Positions 8,042 through 17,835 of a DNA stretch of 34,606 nucleotides are shown here, piece after piece; position 1 is the first letter of the stretch; each line of letters opens with the position of its first letter. This DNA comes from a virus. The stretch lies in the IMG/VR virus record IMGVR_UViG_3300037827_000058, positions 1-34,606 of that record. One strand, given 5' to 3'. Below the pieces are notes generated by a model, which was not told where the DNA came from, searched no databases, and saw only the letters and a program-made list of their open reading frames with translations. Position numbers and translations under genes: made by a program.

Positions 8042-8887
8042 ATGGAGAATAACGTCATGGACGATGACAGAAATGCTTTTGCTGGACAGGTAAGCGGTGA
8101 TGATGAAGATGGTCAAAGTGGTGCTGTAGATCCAGGTTTTGTTGATGAGGCGGAAGCTAATGCGACAGAACAGGAAAATGCCCACGAAGACCCACAAACC
8201 GTCATAAAAAAACGGTTAGGGATGCAAGCAAAGAAGCATCAGCGTGAGATGCGGCAAATGCAAGAGCAGATGATGCAAATGCAAGCGCAGTTTCAAAACG
8301 CTAATATGGATTCTGCTAATCCTGCAAATCATCAAAGTCACAATAGCAATCCTTATCCTTCACCAGGTCAGCCCAATCCGCCTGGAATGTCGGAAGAGGA
8401 ACGTATACAAAAGGCAGTACGCTACGCGCTCGGAGCGAAGGAACACGAAGAACGCCAAGCTAAAGAAGCCCAACATGCGACACACGTACATAAGCAGTAT
8501 CAACGCTTAAATGACGAGTTCGATAAAGCTTCTGATAAGTACGATGATTTTGACGATGTGGTACGAGGGGAAGACATTCCTTTCACACCTCATGTGCGGG
8601 ATGCACTGTTGCTCGTTGAAAATCCAGCCGAAGTTGCGTACCGATTAGGCAAGAACAAATCTGAACTTGAAAGAATTTCAAGACTCCATCCGCTAGACCA
8701 AGCACGTGAAGTGAATAAGTTGTCGTTTTCTTTGATGGGCAACAAAGACGGTAAAACGTCTAGTTCTTCTAAGGCCAGTCCTTTAGGAGCCATCAGACAA
8801 AATCCAGCGCATTCATCCACTGCTGTTACGGATAAGACTCCTCCTTCTGAAATACGAAGGAGGATGAAGGCTGGCACATGGAAGTAA
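8042..8887 (+). CDS. Scaffolding protein candidate
   Basis: Lies between portal and coat. Composition is acidic and Gln/Met-rich helical. The start is uncertain: ATG at 8042 or 8057, while the track ORF starts at a TTG at 7967. Confidence 0.55.
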   Translation: MENNVMDDDRNAFAGQVSGDDEDGQSGAVDPGFVDEAEANATEQENAHEDPQTVIKKRLGMQAKKHQREMRQMQEQMMQMQAQFQNANMDSANPANHQSHNSNPYPSPGQPNPPGMSEEERIQKAVRYALGAKEHEERQAKEAQHATHVHKQYQRLNDEFDKASDKYDDFDDVVRGEDIPFTPHVRDALLLVENPAEVAYRLGKNKSELERISRLHPLDQAREVNKLSFSLMGNKDGKTSSSSKASPLGAIRQNPAHSSTAVTDKTPPSEIRRRMKAGTWK

Positions 8888-8954
8888 GCGAGGGTTTTAA
8901 GGATTAAAACTCGGTAAACCCAAGGTACATCCAAGTGCCCATTTAAAGGATTAA

Positions 8955-10181
8955 ATGGAGACTTGCCAAATGGCTAACCAATTTATTACCACTGACCTAG
9001 TGTCAAACACAGCGTTAGCAATGTTTGCTAACAACGCGCCTTTCGTGATGACTGCATCACGTATTTATCAAGATGACTTCGTGTCTTCTGGATATAAGAT
9101 TGGCGATACTCTACAAGTTCGTAGACAAAACCATTTCATCGTTGGTGATGGAAGTGTAGCGACTCCTCAGTCAATCATAGAAACTGTTGAGACTATCGTA
9201 ATTGCGCATCAATACCATGCGTTGATTGCATACACTATTCAAGATTTGTCTTTAAGAATCGAGGATTTCTCCAGATTGTTTATTGCTCCTGCTATTCAGG
9301 AAGTAATTACTCAGATGGAAAAAGACATCGCTTCTGCTGCTGAACAAGAGCTAAACTTCTTTACAGGTACCGCAGGCGTTGCGATTAACTCCTTTACTAC
9401 TGTTGACTTAGCTGGTGCTAAATTGCTTGAGCAAGGTGTAAATATTGCTTCAGATGCATACATGGCAATGACTGTACGAGATGGTTCTAGTCTTAAAGGT
9501 GCATTGCTTAATAACTTCACTCCTGTATTTAACGAAGATATCGTGCGTTCTTCTGCAATTGGTCATTTGTCCTATTTTGACATATTCCAGTCTCAGAACA
9601 TTAAGCATCATATTGCTGGTGCTGGCCCCAGATTGCATTCATCTGACACCTTATTGGTGAATGGTGCTGTATCTTCTGGTAACACCATTATTATGGATGG
9701 TGCAACAATCAGCGTTACTGATTACTTTGTAGTTGGTGATTTGATATCCATTTCTGGTGTTCAGTCTGTTAACCCTGTGGGTCGTGCTTCTACTGGACAG
9801 GATATGCAATGGGTAGTAACTGCCAATGCTGCTTCTGATGGTTCAGGTAACATTACTGTTCTAGTTAGTCCAAGTATTATTTCTGATGCGGCTAATCCTA
9901 ACCGTAACGTTAGTAATGCTGTTCCTGATGATGCTCCTGTCACAATGGTTGGAAGTCATAACGTAAACGTGGCTTATCCTTCTCGTGGATTGGATATCGT
10001 TTGTCCTCCGCTTTACAAGTTGCAAGTTCCTTATGCTTCTGTTGCGGTCGATCCTGAAACTGGCCTGAGCCTTGCTGTTACCCAAACTGGTGACATTCTT
10101 GGTTATCAGAACTACATGCGTATTGACTTGTTGTGTGGCTTCTCCTGGCATCAACAATATGCCGCTGTTGTACTGTCATAA
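8955..10181 (+). CDS. Major capsid protein, P22 coat-like
   Basis: About 400 aa in the expected position, with composition and layout like P22 gp5. The ATG at 8970 (GGAGA 8 nt upstream) may be the true start. Confidence 0.75.
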   Translation: METCQMANQFITTDLVSNTALAMFANNAPFVMTASRIYQDDFVSSGYKIGDTLQVRRQNHFIVGDGSVATPQSIIETVETIVIAHQYHALIAYTIQDLSLRIEDFSRLFIAPAIQEVITQMEKDIASAAEQELNFFTGTAGVAINSFTTVDLAGAKLLEQGVNIASDAYMAMTVRDGSSLKGALLNNFTPVFNEDIVRSSAIGHLSYFDIFQSQNIKHHIAGAGPRLHSSDTLLVNGAVSSGNTIIMDGATISVTDYFVVGDLISISGVQSVNPVGRASTGQDMQWVVTANAASDGSGNITVLVSPSIISDAANPNRNVSNAVPDDAPVTMVGSHNVNVAYPSRGLDIVCPPLYKLQVPYASVAVDPETGLSLAVTQTGDILGYQNYMRIDLLCGFSWHQQYAAVVLS

Positions 10182-10192
10182 GGATTAGCCCA

Positions 10193-10390
10193 ATGCTTAC
10201 ATGTGTCCATCATCCAATCGACCCGATGAGGGTCGTTGAACAAGATGAAGCAGAAAGATTAAAAGCAACGGGTGTCTGGTTTGATTGTCCATCGAAAGCG
10301 AAGCAATACAGAACAAAAGTAGAAGATGAGATCAAGCAGGAATCAAAGGAGGTTGAAAAGCCTCCTAAGACCAAACAAAAGGGGAAATAA
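10193..10390 (+). CDS. Hypothetical protein, 65 aa
   Basis: Internal ATG with AAGGA 8 nt upstream. Confidence 0.5.
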   Translation: MLTCVHHPIDPMRVVEQDEAERLKATGVWFDCPSKAKQYRTKVEDEIKQESKEVEKPPKTKQKGK

Positions 10391-10391
10391 T

Positions 10392-10595
10392 ATGAAAGAC
10401 AATAAAATGGTTCAGTCTAACAATGCATTCGTTAAAGCTGAACAGCAAAAGATGAAAGGCAAGATGGGCAACCGTCCTGTCATGAAGCGTGAAATGGAAG
10501 AGTTCAATGCTTATATGAGTAACGATGGCGAAAATGCACAAGATTTCGCTCGTAAACTTTGTTCAGGCATGGAAGATGCATTTCCTTTGAAATAA
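10392..10595 (+). CDS. Hypothetical protein, 67 aa
   Basis: Internal ATG preceded by AAGGGGAA. Confidence 0.5.
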   Translation: MKDNKMVQSNNAFVKAEQQKMKGKMGNRPVMKREMEEFNAYMSNDGENAQDFARKLCSGMEDAFPLK

Positions 10596-10609
10596 TAAGT
10601 CGATGCAAT

Positions 10610-10649
10610 CGACATGTTAACTCAACATGTCGATGTTTCATGTTTTTTT
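10610..10649 (+). terminator. Rho-independent terminator candidate downstream of the capsid block
   Basis: 9-bp stem cgacatgtt/aacatgtcg with loop aactc, followed by atgtttcatgttttttt. Confidence 0.6.
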
Positions 10650-10696
10650 AAATATGAAATAGCATTTAGTAAAGTTTCGCCTGACATCTAGTTCCA

Positions 10697-10705
10697 TGTT
10701 ATAAT
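10697..10705 (+). promoter_or_regulatory. Extended -10 promoter candidate (TGTTATAAT) upstream of the HNH gene
   Basis: TGnTATAAT lies 24 nt upstream of the ATG at 10729. No good -35 element is present. Confidence 0.3.
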
Positions 10706-10728
10706 ATGGGATTTAGAGTTCTAGTGTT

Positions 10729-11304
10729 ATGAGAAATGAATTTTGTAAATGTGGTAATTTAAAAGAACGGCAGAGTGCTGGACAGTGTAATACATGCCAT
10801 TCTACTTATACTAAACAATGGAAAAAAGACCATCCATTAACCGATGAACAAAAAGAAAAAGCCAAGATAACAAGAAAGAAATATGAAGATAAAAAGCGCG
10901 AAGGAACCAGGCAGAGAAATCCTAGATTGGGTGCAAGACCTGGAATTTTAAGGCCTTTGTGTTCTTGGTGTGATACGGTTATAGAGAATTTTAAGAAGAA
11001 GAATTTTTGTAAGCCGTGTGCTGCTAAATATAACAGGGAATGGAAAAATAAAAATCCATTAACTGGCGAGAAATTGTTAAGAGAAAAGGTAAGATTAAAA
11101 ACTTACTATGAAATTAAAATGGGAAGATTGATAAGAAAACCTTGTGAAGTTTGTGGTCAGTTAAAGGTTGAAGCCCATCACGATGATTATTCTAAACCAT
11201 TTGATGTGAGATGGTTATGTGGACAACATCATAGAGATCATCACATGATGAAAAGGAGATCCGATGGCTCAAGTGACGAAGACCGTAAATCAACTGATAG
11301 TTAA
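10729..11304 (+). CDS. HNH endonuclease with tandem N-terminal zinc-ribbon repeats
   Basis: Two repeats of C..C...C..C...Y..(Q/E)WK(K/N).(H/N)PLT, then CEVCG...EAHHDDYSKPFDVRWLCGQHHRDHH. Confidence 0.75.
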   Translation: MRNEFCKCGNLKERQSAGQCNTCHSTYTKQWKKDHPLTDEQKEKAKITRKKYEDKKREGTRQRNPRLGARPGILRPLCSWCDTVIENFKKKNFCKPCAAKYNREWKNKNPLTGEKLLREKVRLKTYYEIKMGRLIRKPCEVCGQLKVEAHHDDYSKPFDVRWLCGQHHRDHHMMKRRSDGSSDEDRKSTDS

Positions 11305-11998
11305 TTCTTTATACCTTCTCGGGGAACTTGGCGTGGGCGAAGCACCTGATTCCTTTATGCTTTCCTCAGGTCTTGATTTATTAAACGAGTTGCTCACAAA
11401 GTTTGCAGCAGATTCTATTTATATTCCCTATTTAACCGAATTAAGCTTTAATCTAATAGCTGATAAACCAACTTATTCTATATCCGATATAGTACCTGCT
11501 GATGTTACAGGCAACAGAATCGTTGACCTATCCTATGCCAATTATACCGTACCCAGTGCCGGACAAGGGATAATCTATCCTTTGCAAATCATCAATAAAG
11601 CACAATATTTTGGCGTGACACGGTTATTGCCATTAAATACACGTCCTGGATTTATCTTCCTAGACAAACAAGATACCGAAAGTTTTATCACCTTATACCC
11701 TGCTCCTGACCAGCCTTATCCATGCTTATTGGGTGTTAAGAGTATGATTGACAGTCTCGGTGCTAATGACAGTCTTGAAGAATTGCCTCCTTTTTATTAT
11801 GGGTTTTTGAAATATTGTATGGCAAGAAAATTCTTGTCCTATTATCCCTCTGGAAATTGGCCACAAACTGCCGAAGATGAATATCAAGATTATTTTAATA
11901 CCATTAAAAATGCCAACGAAACTGACGTAACTGTAAGACCGTCAGCCATATTAAGCAGACCAGAGCCGTTCTACTGGCAAAATATTTTGGCGTACTGA
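11264..11998 (+). CDS. Head-to-tail adaptor or tail tubular protein A-like
   Basis: Positioned after the coat gene. The N-terminus IVNSLYLLGELGVGEAPDSFMLSSGLDLLNELL resembles podovirus adaptor families, recalled from memory. Confidence 0.45.
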   Translation: MAQVTKTVNQLIVNSLYLLGELGVGEAPDSFMLSSGLDLLNELLTKFAADSIYIPYLTELSFNLIADKPTYSISDIVPADVTGNRIVDLSYANYTVPSAGQGIIYPLQIINKAQYFGVTRLLPLNTRPGFIFLDKQDTESFITLYPAPDQPYPCLLGVKSMIDSLGANDSLEELPPFYYGFLKYCMARKFLSYYPSGNWPQTAEDEYQDYFNTIKNANETDVTVRPSAILSRPEPFYWQNILAY

Positions 11999-11999
11999 T

Positions 12000-13847
12000 A
12001 TGCGTAAAGACTATGACCTTGTTGGCAGTTACGATAATCAACGTCTTAGCACGATTAATGCTGAACGCACGGTCAACATGTTTGAATATATGGATGCTGA
12101 CGGTAAACGCCCAAAGGTATTGCTTTCTACTGCTGGCCTGATTAATGCAGATGTTAATTTTGGCATATTAACAGGTGGCGCAAGAGCGGCATTTGTTTTT
12201 GATGATGCAATCTTTCAAGTTTATGGTAATGCGGTATTCAGAACCACAGGAACAACTGGATTTTTATCTACCACAAGGATTGGCACGTTATCAACGACAG
12301 TGGGTTATGTTGGCGTAGATGCAAATACATTCCAAGTAATTTTTGTTGATGGATTGCAGGGCTGGATATGGGATATCAATGCCCTTACATTTAAATTAAT
12401 TACCGATCCAGGATTTCCAACAAGACCAGTTGATGTATGTTATTTGGATGGATTTTTTCTTGTAGCTAATGGTGGAACAAATAATTTTCAATTATCAGAA
12501 TTTAATCAAGGTATGGTATGGAGCGGAGGAACAGCAACATTTACGGCAGTAGCCATTACTGACATTCTTACTTTAAGTACTAATGGAAATAATTTTGCAA
12601 CTGGTGTGCCTATTACCGTTACAACTACAGGAACATTGCCTACGCCATTGGCATTGGATACGACTTATTATGTAATATTGATAACCGATCCCGGTGTTTC
12701 TCCTGCACAGATTAAATTGGCAACATCTTATGCTAATGCAATAGCAGGAATCCCAATTGACATAACTGGTGCTGGTGCTCCTACAAACACTATTACTGTA
12801 CAAGGTGAATTGCAACTCGGAAGTATTACCTCTCATCCTGGAACAATTGTTGGATGTCGTACCTTACATAGACGCATATTTTTATTTTCTCAGAACTTTA
12901 CCGAAGTTTGGGAGAATGCTGGACAAGGTACGAATCTCCCTTTTAGACGTAATAATTCTCTGCTTATGGAAGTTGGAACTCCTGCTTTGGGAAGCATTGT
13001 TGTCGGATTTGATAGAATGTTCTTCTTAGCCCAAGACAAAGATGGTCTTGCAGGAGTAATGGAAGTAAAAGGTACGGAATCAATTCCTGTAAGTAATAGG
13101 GCATTAGATTTCCAATTAGCCCAATATGCTGCAGACCCATTAACAGGTGTTGCAGATGCTAGAGGAATATTGGTTAAAGAAAATGGGATTATCTTTTATA
13201 GGCTTAATTTTACTCTTGCTAACCATACCTTCGTATTAAATGTATCTATGAGCACGAATGAGGCTCCTAAATGGCATGAAGAAGAGGTGTTAAATGGCGA
13301 TAGGCACCCCGCCCAAACTCACGCTTATTTTGATGGTGTTAATTATTACGGTTCTTATTTGGCACCAGTTTTTTACATAGTAAGTGACCAAACATCAACC
13401 AATGATGGCGAACCTATTAGACGCATGAGAATTGGTAGACAAATGACGCCAGAAGGATATAACCGCCTCAGAATTGATAGATTTCAGATTGACGTACTGC
13501 AAGGTGCGAATGATGTTACGCAATTTGTTGATATTGATTTGCTCACTGAAGACAGCATGGAATTACTTACCGAGTCTGGTGTGGATATTATAATTGAAGA
13601 CGAGATTGAAGTAGGTAATGGTCAGCCAGTTATATTTTTGTCGGTTTCAAGAGATGGCGGCCAAACTTATGGAAATCATTTAATTGCTACTATGGGAAGA
13701 TTGGGTGAGCGTACCTTTAGAACGGTATGGCGAAAGATAGGTACTACACCCAGGGGTCAAGGATTTGTGCCGAAGATTGAGTTTTTTAATGAGATTCCTT
13801 TTATTATTCTGGGTGCTGCTTGGGATTATGATGTATTACCGGAGTAA
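12000..13847 (+). CDS. Tail nozzle protein (P22 gp10 / T7 gp12-like)
   Basis: 615 aa. Motifs LDGFFLVANGGTNNFQLSEFNQG and LFSQNFTEVWENAG match my memory of the Phage_stabilise family consensus. Synteny also supports the call. Confidence 0.55.
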   Translation: MRKDYDLVGSYDNQRLSTINAERTVNMFEYMDADGKRPKVLLSTAGLINADVNFGILTGGARAAFVFDDAIFQVYGNAVFRTTGTTGFLSTTRIGTLSTTVGYVGVDANTFQVIFVDGLQGWIWDINALTFKLITDPGFPTRPVDVCYLDGFFLVANGGTNNFQLSEFNQGMVWSGGTATFTAVAITDILTLSTNGNNFATGVPITVTTTGTLPTPLALDTTYYVILITDPGVSPAQIKLATSYANAIAGIPIDITGAGAPTNTITVQGELQLGSITSHPGTIVGCRTLHRRIFLFSQNFTEVWENAGQGTNLPFRRNNSLLMEVGTPALGSIVVGFDRMFFLAQDKDGLAGVMEVKGTESIPVSNRALDFQLAQYAADPLTGVADARGILVKENGIIFYRLNFTLANHTFVLNVSMSTNEAPKWHEEEVLNGDRHPAQTHAYFDGVNYYGSYLAPVFYIVSDQTSTNDGEPIRRMRIGRQMTPEGYNRLRIDRFQIDVLQGANDVTQFVDIDLLTEDSMELLTESGVDIIIEDEIEVGNGQPVIFLSVSRDGGQTYGNHLIATMGRLGERTFRTVWRKIGTTPRGQGFVPKIEFFNEIPFIILGAAWDYDVLPE

Positions 13848-13850
13848 ATA

Positions 13851-14150
13851 ATGGCAAGAGACTTTGACTTTTTCCCTACATATGATCCTCTTGTAAAAGA
13901 CAATGTGTATTTGAGTAATGTTTGGTCTGATTTCATGGCAACATTTGTGGAATCACTACGCGAATATTTATCAGCAGATGGTATTTTTGTTCCGCGATTA
14001 ACATTAGCACAAAGAAATTTAATACAAACGCCCCAAGAAGGGCAAATGATTTATGTAACTGATTCAAATACACCGACTTTACCCCGAACGGCACAATTAC
14101 AGATATGGCAAGTAGTTGCAGGTGTAGGACAATGGACAGTAATTGTATAG
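13851..14150 (+). CDS. Hypothetical virion protein, 99 aa
   Basis: Track ORF in the position of P22 gp26/gp14. Confidence 0.5.
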   Translation: MARDFDFFPTYDPLVKDNVYLSNVWSDFMATFVESLREYLSADGIFVPRLTLAQRNLIQTPQEGQMIYVTDSNTPTLPRTAQLQIWQVVAGVGQWTVIV

Positions 14151-14184
14151 AATGAAATGATGAAATATCACAAGGAATGTGACT

Positions 14185-14793
14185 ATGGCTTTTGACAGCG
14201 GAATGTTTGGTAGTGGCCTTGGAGGTTTTCTGGGTGGCATGTTTGGCGACTCCGGCAAACCCTATGATAAGGCGATGGAACAATATCAACAATGGGCAAA
14301 CAAAGCCCAAGGTACTCAACAGCCTTTTTTAGACGCTGGAACAGGTGCAATTCCACAATACCAGGAATGGCTTGATAAGCAGAAAGATCCAACAAAGTTT
14401 ATCAATGACACTATGGGTCAATACCAAGAAAGCCCTTATGCGCAATACTTACAAAAACAATCTTTGCGTGCTGGTCAAAATGCAGCATCAGCAAGTGGTA
14501 TGTCTGGAAGCACTCCTTTAATGCAGCAAATGCAGCAAAATGCAGGAAATATTGCATCACAAGATCAGAACCAATGGTTACAAAATGTTTTAGGTATCAA
14601 TACGCAATACGGTCAAGGTCAAAACAATTTAATGACTGGCGGTCAAAATGCAGCTAACTCACTGACCAATATGTATAATAATATGGGCCAACAAATGGGT
14701 CAGGCAGCTTACGGACAGGAAGCTGGCAAGAATCAAGATAGAAATAATATGTTTGGTGGAATTGGAAGTTTGATTGGAAGCTTCTTCCTATAG
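14185..14793 (+). CDS. Ejection / internal virion protein candidate, Gln/Gly/Asn/Met-rich
   Basis: Low-complexity composition, and synteny with P22 gp7. The ATG at 14185 lies 8 nt after AAGGA. Confidence 0.5.
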   Translation: MAFDSGMFGSGLGGFLGGMFGDSGKPYDKAMEQYQQWANKAQGTQQPFLDAGTGAIPQYQEWLDKQKDPTKFINDTMGQYQESPYAQYLQKQSLRAGQNAASASGMSGSTPLMQQMQQNAGNIASQDQNQWLQNVLGINTQYGQGQNNLMTGGQNAANSLTNMYNNMGQQMGQAAYGQEAGKNQDRNNMFGGIGSLIGSFFL

Positions 14794-14799
14794 GGGTGA

Positions 14800-16128
14800 A
14801 TGATGGCATTACCATTACCAAAAGTTGTTGCTGACGTAGGCCCAGGTGGAGGCATTGTTACCGCTATGGGTGGAATGAACTCATTGGCTAACGATATGTT
14901 GCTGCGTCAGATGAATCAAATTAAAAAGCAATATTTGCCTACAACTATGCAAGCAGAAGCTGCTAGCAAACTAGCCTATGCCAATTTAATGGGGCCCCAA
15001 TTCCTTGCTAAATTATTAGGAAACCCTGGCGCTATAGCTAATATGGGTGATGATGCTGCAAAAGCTGCCTTACAAAAAGCAGTTGGCGCTGGCATGGGTC
15101 AAGGTTCTGCAATGAATTCGTTTAATCAAATGCAAGGCGGTCATCCTTCAGGAATTGGTCAACCAGGTACTAATTCATTATCAGGATGGTTTGCAAATAA
15201 GCTCAAAGAAGCATTTCATCGATCTCCTGAGCAAACATCTAATCCTTTTGCACAAGGTACGAGTATTCCTGGTCAATACAACGGGGATTCTCAATATTCA
15301 AGCCCTCCTGCGCCACGTAATGAGATGTCTTCATCAAGACCACCGGATGGAGTAATGAAAGAAGGTGAGCAATGGTATAACAGTAAAGGCGAGCCCGTTT
15401 ATGCAGATGACGATCAAGAATCTGGTCAGAATCCGATGCAAATGGAATTAACTGAAGGTCGTCGCGAACCTACTTGGGCAGAAAAGACAGGAAGGCATCA
15501 AGGAACTATCAAACAAGGGGAAGAGGCTGGAAAATACCGTGCTCAAGCTCAAAAAGATATAGGACAAAGTCAGCTTGCGTTAAGTAATTCTGGTTCCTCA
15601 TTGCATCGTATGGCCTCAATTATTAAGAATCCAGTTATTCAAGAGATGAGGTCTAAGATTCCATTTTTTCAAGATAAGCAATTAGGTTACTTAGAGAAGA
15701 TGGGAACACCTGAACAAAAGAAACTAATTGGTGACTTTATTACAACAGGCGAGCAGATTATTGCATCTGGTGTACAGGCATTCGGTGGAAAGCCTCTAGT
15801 TAGAGAATTTGATTTACTTCAAAGACAAAAAATTAATAGAAACGATCCTATTCATGTTGCCGAAGGAAAGTTGCAAGCTTCTATAGCGCTTCATGATATA
15901 GCCGAAAAGAAGAACGAAATTATTAATGACCTTTTAGATCGAGGTGTTAACGAAGCAGATGCCGTAAGACAAGCCAATAAAATGGTGGATGTGAGTGCTA
16001 TTGAGAAGCAAACACAAGATTTATTGCGTGATAAGCCAACAGAAGAAGACATCAATTATATGGCCAAGAAACGTGGCATATCTCCAAATGAAGTTAAGAA
16101 GCTCTTAAAAGCCAAGGGGTTATATTAA
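14800..16128 (+). CDS. Ejection / internal virion protein candidate
   Basis: 442 aa, by synteny with P22 gp20. Confidence 0.45.
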   Translation: MMALPLPKVVADVGPGGGIVTAMGGMNSLANDMLLRQMNQIKKQYLPTTMQAEAASKLAYANLMGPQFLAKLLGNPGAIANMGDDAAKAALQKAVGAGMGQGSAMNSFNQMQGGHPSGIGQPGTNSLSGWFANKLKEAFHRSPEQTSNPFAQGTSIPGQYNGDSQYSSPPAPRNEMSSSRPPDGVMKEGEQWYNSKGEPVYADDDQESGQNPMQMELTEGRREPTWAEKTGRHQGTIKQGEEAGKYRAQAQKDIGQSQLALSNSGSSLHRMASIIKNPVIQEMRSKIPFFQDKQLGYLEKMGTPEQKKLIGDFITTGEQIIASGVQAFGGKPLVREFDLLQRQKINRNDPIHVAEGKLQASIALHDIAEKKNEIINDLLDRGVNEADAVRQANKMVDVSAIEKQTQDLLRDKPTEEDINYMAKKRGISPNEVKKLLKAKGLY

Positions 16129-17153
16129 TGGCTAATCCACGCGATTTCTTAGAAGATGATTACGAGCCTGCACAAAGTTCGAGTACTCCTAGAGATTTCT
16201 TGGAAGAAGAGGCGCCTCAAGAGTCGTTAGGGCAAGCAGCGTTATATGCAATTCCTAGAATTGGAGAAGATGTTCTGAAGGCTGGCTATGAAGGTTTGCA
16301 GAACGTTCCTGAATATTGGCAAAAAGCTAAAACCGAAGTTCCAGGGTTTTTTAATCCTAAGAACTGGCTAATGCATCCTATTGATCGTGGCGCACAAACT
16401 CTTGCTGGTCTTCTTGAATTAGGTCAGAAAATAAATCATGCGCCAAGAACTGCTGCGCAATACGCAGCTAATAGATTGCATTTAATTCCTCAAGAATTCG
16501 CTGATAAGGTTCCTCAAGCACCCGACTTAGATGAAGACATAGAAAAGTATATTGGTCAGCCTAAGAACCCAGGTGATGCTTTATCACGAGGATTAGCACG
16601 CAATTCTGACTTGTTATTAGCTGGAAATGCATTAGGAAAGGCTATGCCTCACCTAACAAAACGAGGTGCTCTTAAGAAATTGAAGAAGGGTCAGAAATTA
16701 GCATCTGAAAGAGAGATAGGAACACTTAATGTTGATCCAGAATTAATTAAAGATGCTGAACAATATTTACCTAATAATTTGTCAGAGCGTAATTTAATAG
16801 AAGGTTCTAATTATGGGGATTATGATTCATTATTTAGGTTGCAATCTGATTTAGGAAAGATTTCATCAGCAAGAACAGGTAAATTAAGTAAATTGTTTTC
16901 ACCCGATACTAACCTTAAAGGTCAGGCAGGATTAAGATCTAGAAATAGCCTGTTAAATTCTATTCATGAGAATTTACAAGGAATGGGTCATAATGATATT
17001 TCTGACTTATTAAGACAAGGGCAAGAAGACTACAGAAGGTATATGAACTTTAGGAAATACCCTAGATTGTTGGGTGGAGCGGTAGCGGCCTATGCTGTGC
17101 CTAAAAATCCATTAACTGACTTGTTGAAAAAACTTTGGTCACATGGTGGCTAA
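16128..17153 (+). CDS. Ejection / internal virion protein candidate
   Basis: 341 aa, TAATG-coupled to the previous gene, by synteny with P22 gp16. Confidence 0.45.
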   Translation: MANPRDFLEDDYEPAQSSSTPRDFLEEEAPQESLGQAALYAIPRIGEDVLKAGYEGLQNVPEYWQKAKTEVPGFFNPKNWLMHPIDRGAQTLAGLLELGQKINHAPRTAAQYAANRLHLIPQEFADKVPQAPDLDEDIEKYIGQPKNPGDALSRGLARNSDLLLAGNALGKAMPHLTKRGALKKLKKGQKLASEREIGTLNVDPELIKDAEQYLPNNLSERNLIEGSNYGDYDSLFRLQSDLGKISSARTGKLSKLFSPDTNLKGQAGLRSRNSLLNSIHENLQGMGHNDISDLLRQGQEDYRRYMNFRKYPRLLGGAVAAYAVPKNPLTDLLKKLWSHGG

Positions 17154-17362
17154 TAACGAAAGCCGATCCATTCATCCTTCTCTGCTCTTGAACGATGAAT
17201 ATCGGTAATAATGTCGATAACATTATAACAAAAGTAGCCGAACAGTATTAAAGACAACATAATTAACCCTCCAATTAATTTGGTTAATTATAGAGCACTG
17301 TTAGGATAAAAAACAAGCATTATTTATATTAGCAGGGATACGATACAATAGATAAAAAAATT

Positions 17363-17803
17363 ATGAGAAATTTGATGTCACTAAATTGTAAGATAATAGA
17401 TTGCCAAAGAAAGTATTATGCAAAAGGACTTTGCCAATGCCATTATCAAAATTTCCGTAAGCATGGAAAGGCTAATGGAAAGTATATTCGAGTAAAAAAA
17501 GGAGCGACCCTAAAAGAAAGACTCGAAAATAAATCTGTAGTTAATGAAGAAACTGGATGTATGGAATGGATTGGAGTGACTAATGGCACAGGATATGGAA
17601 AATTAGAAATTAATAAAAAGACATGTTCTGCGCATATTGTTAGTTTTGAAATTTATAAAGGACAAAAAGTAAATGATTTACAGGTTCTTCATAAATGTGA
17701 CAATAAAAAATGTATAAATCCAGAACATTTGTTTCTTGGTACACAATCGGACAATATGTTTGATATGCATAAAAAGAAACGACATCCATATAGTAAGATG
17801 TAA
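17363..17803 (+). CDS. HNH_3-type homing endonuclease
   Basis: Motifs NGTGYGKL and HKCDNKKCINPEHLFLGTQSDNMFD. The gene is AT-rich and free-standing between intergenic gaps. Confidence 0.8.
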   Translation: MRNLMSLNCKIIDCQRKYYAKGLCQCHYQNFRKHGKANGKYIRVKKGATLKERLENKSVVNEETGCMEWIGVTNGTGYGKLEINKKTCSAHIVSFEIYKGQKVNDLQVLHKCDNKKCINPEHLFLGTQSDNMFDMHKKKRHPYSKM

Positions 17804-17835
17804 ATAAATTACAACGTTTCACAAGGAAGGTGACT

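Noticed and set aside
17163-17205. Imperfect hairpin ccgat-cc-attcatc...gatgaat-atcgg downstream of the last ejection-protein gene
   Set aside because: It has a 17-nt loop, a bulge and no U-tract, which is too weak to call.
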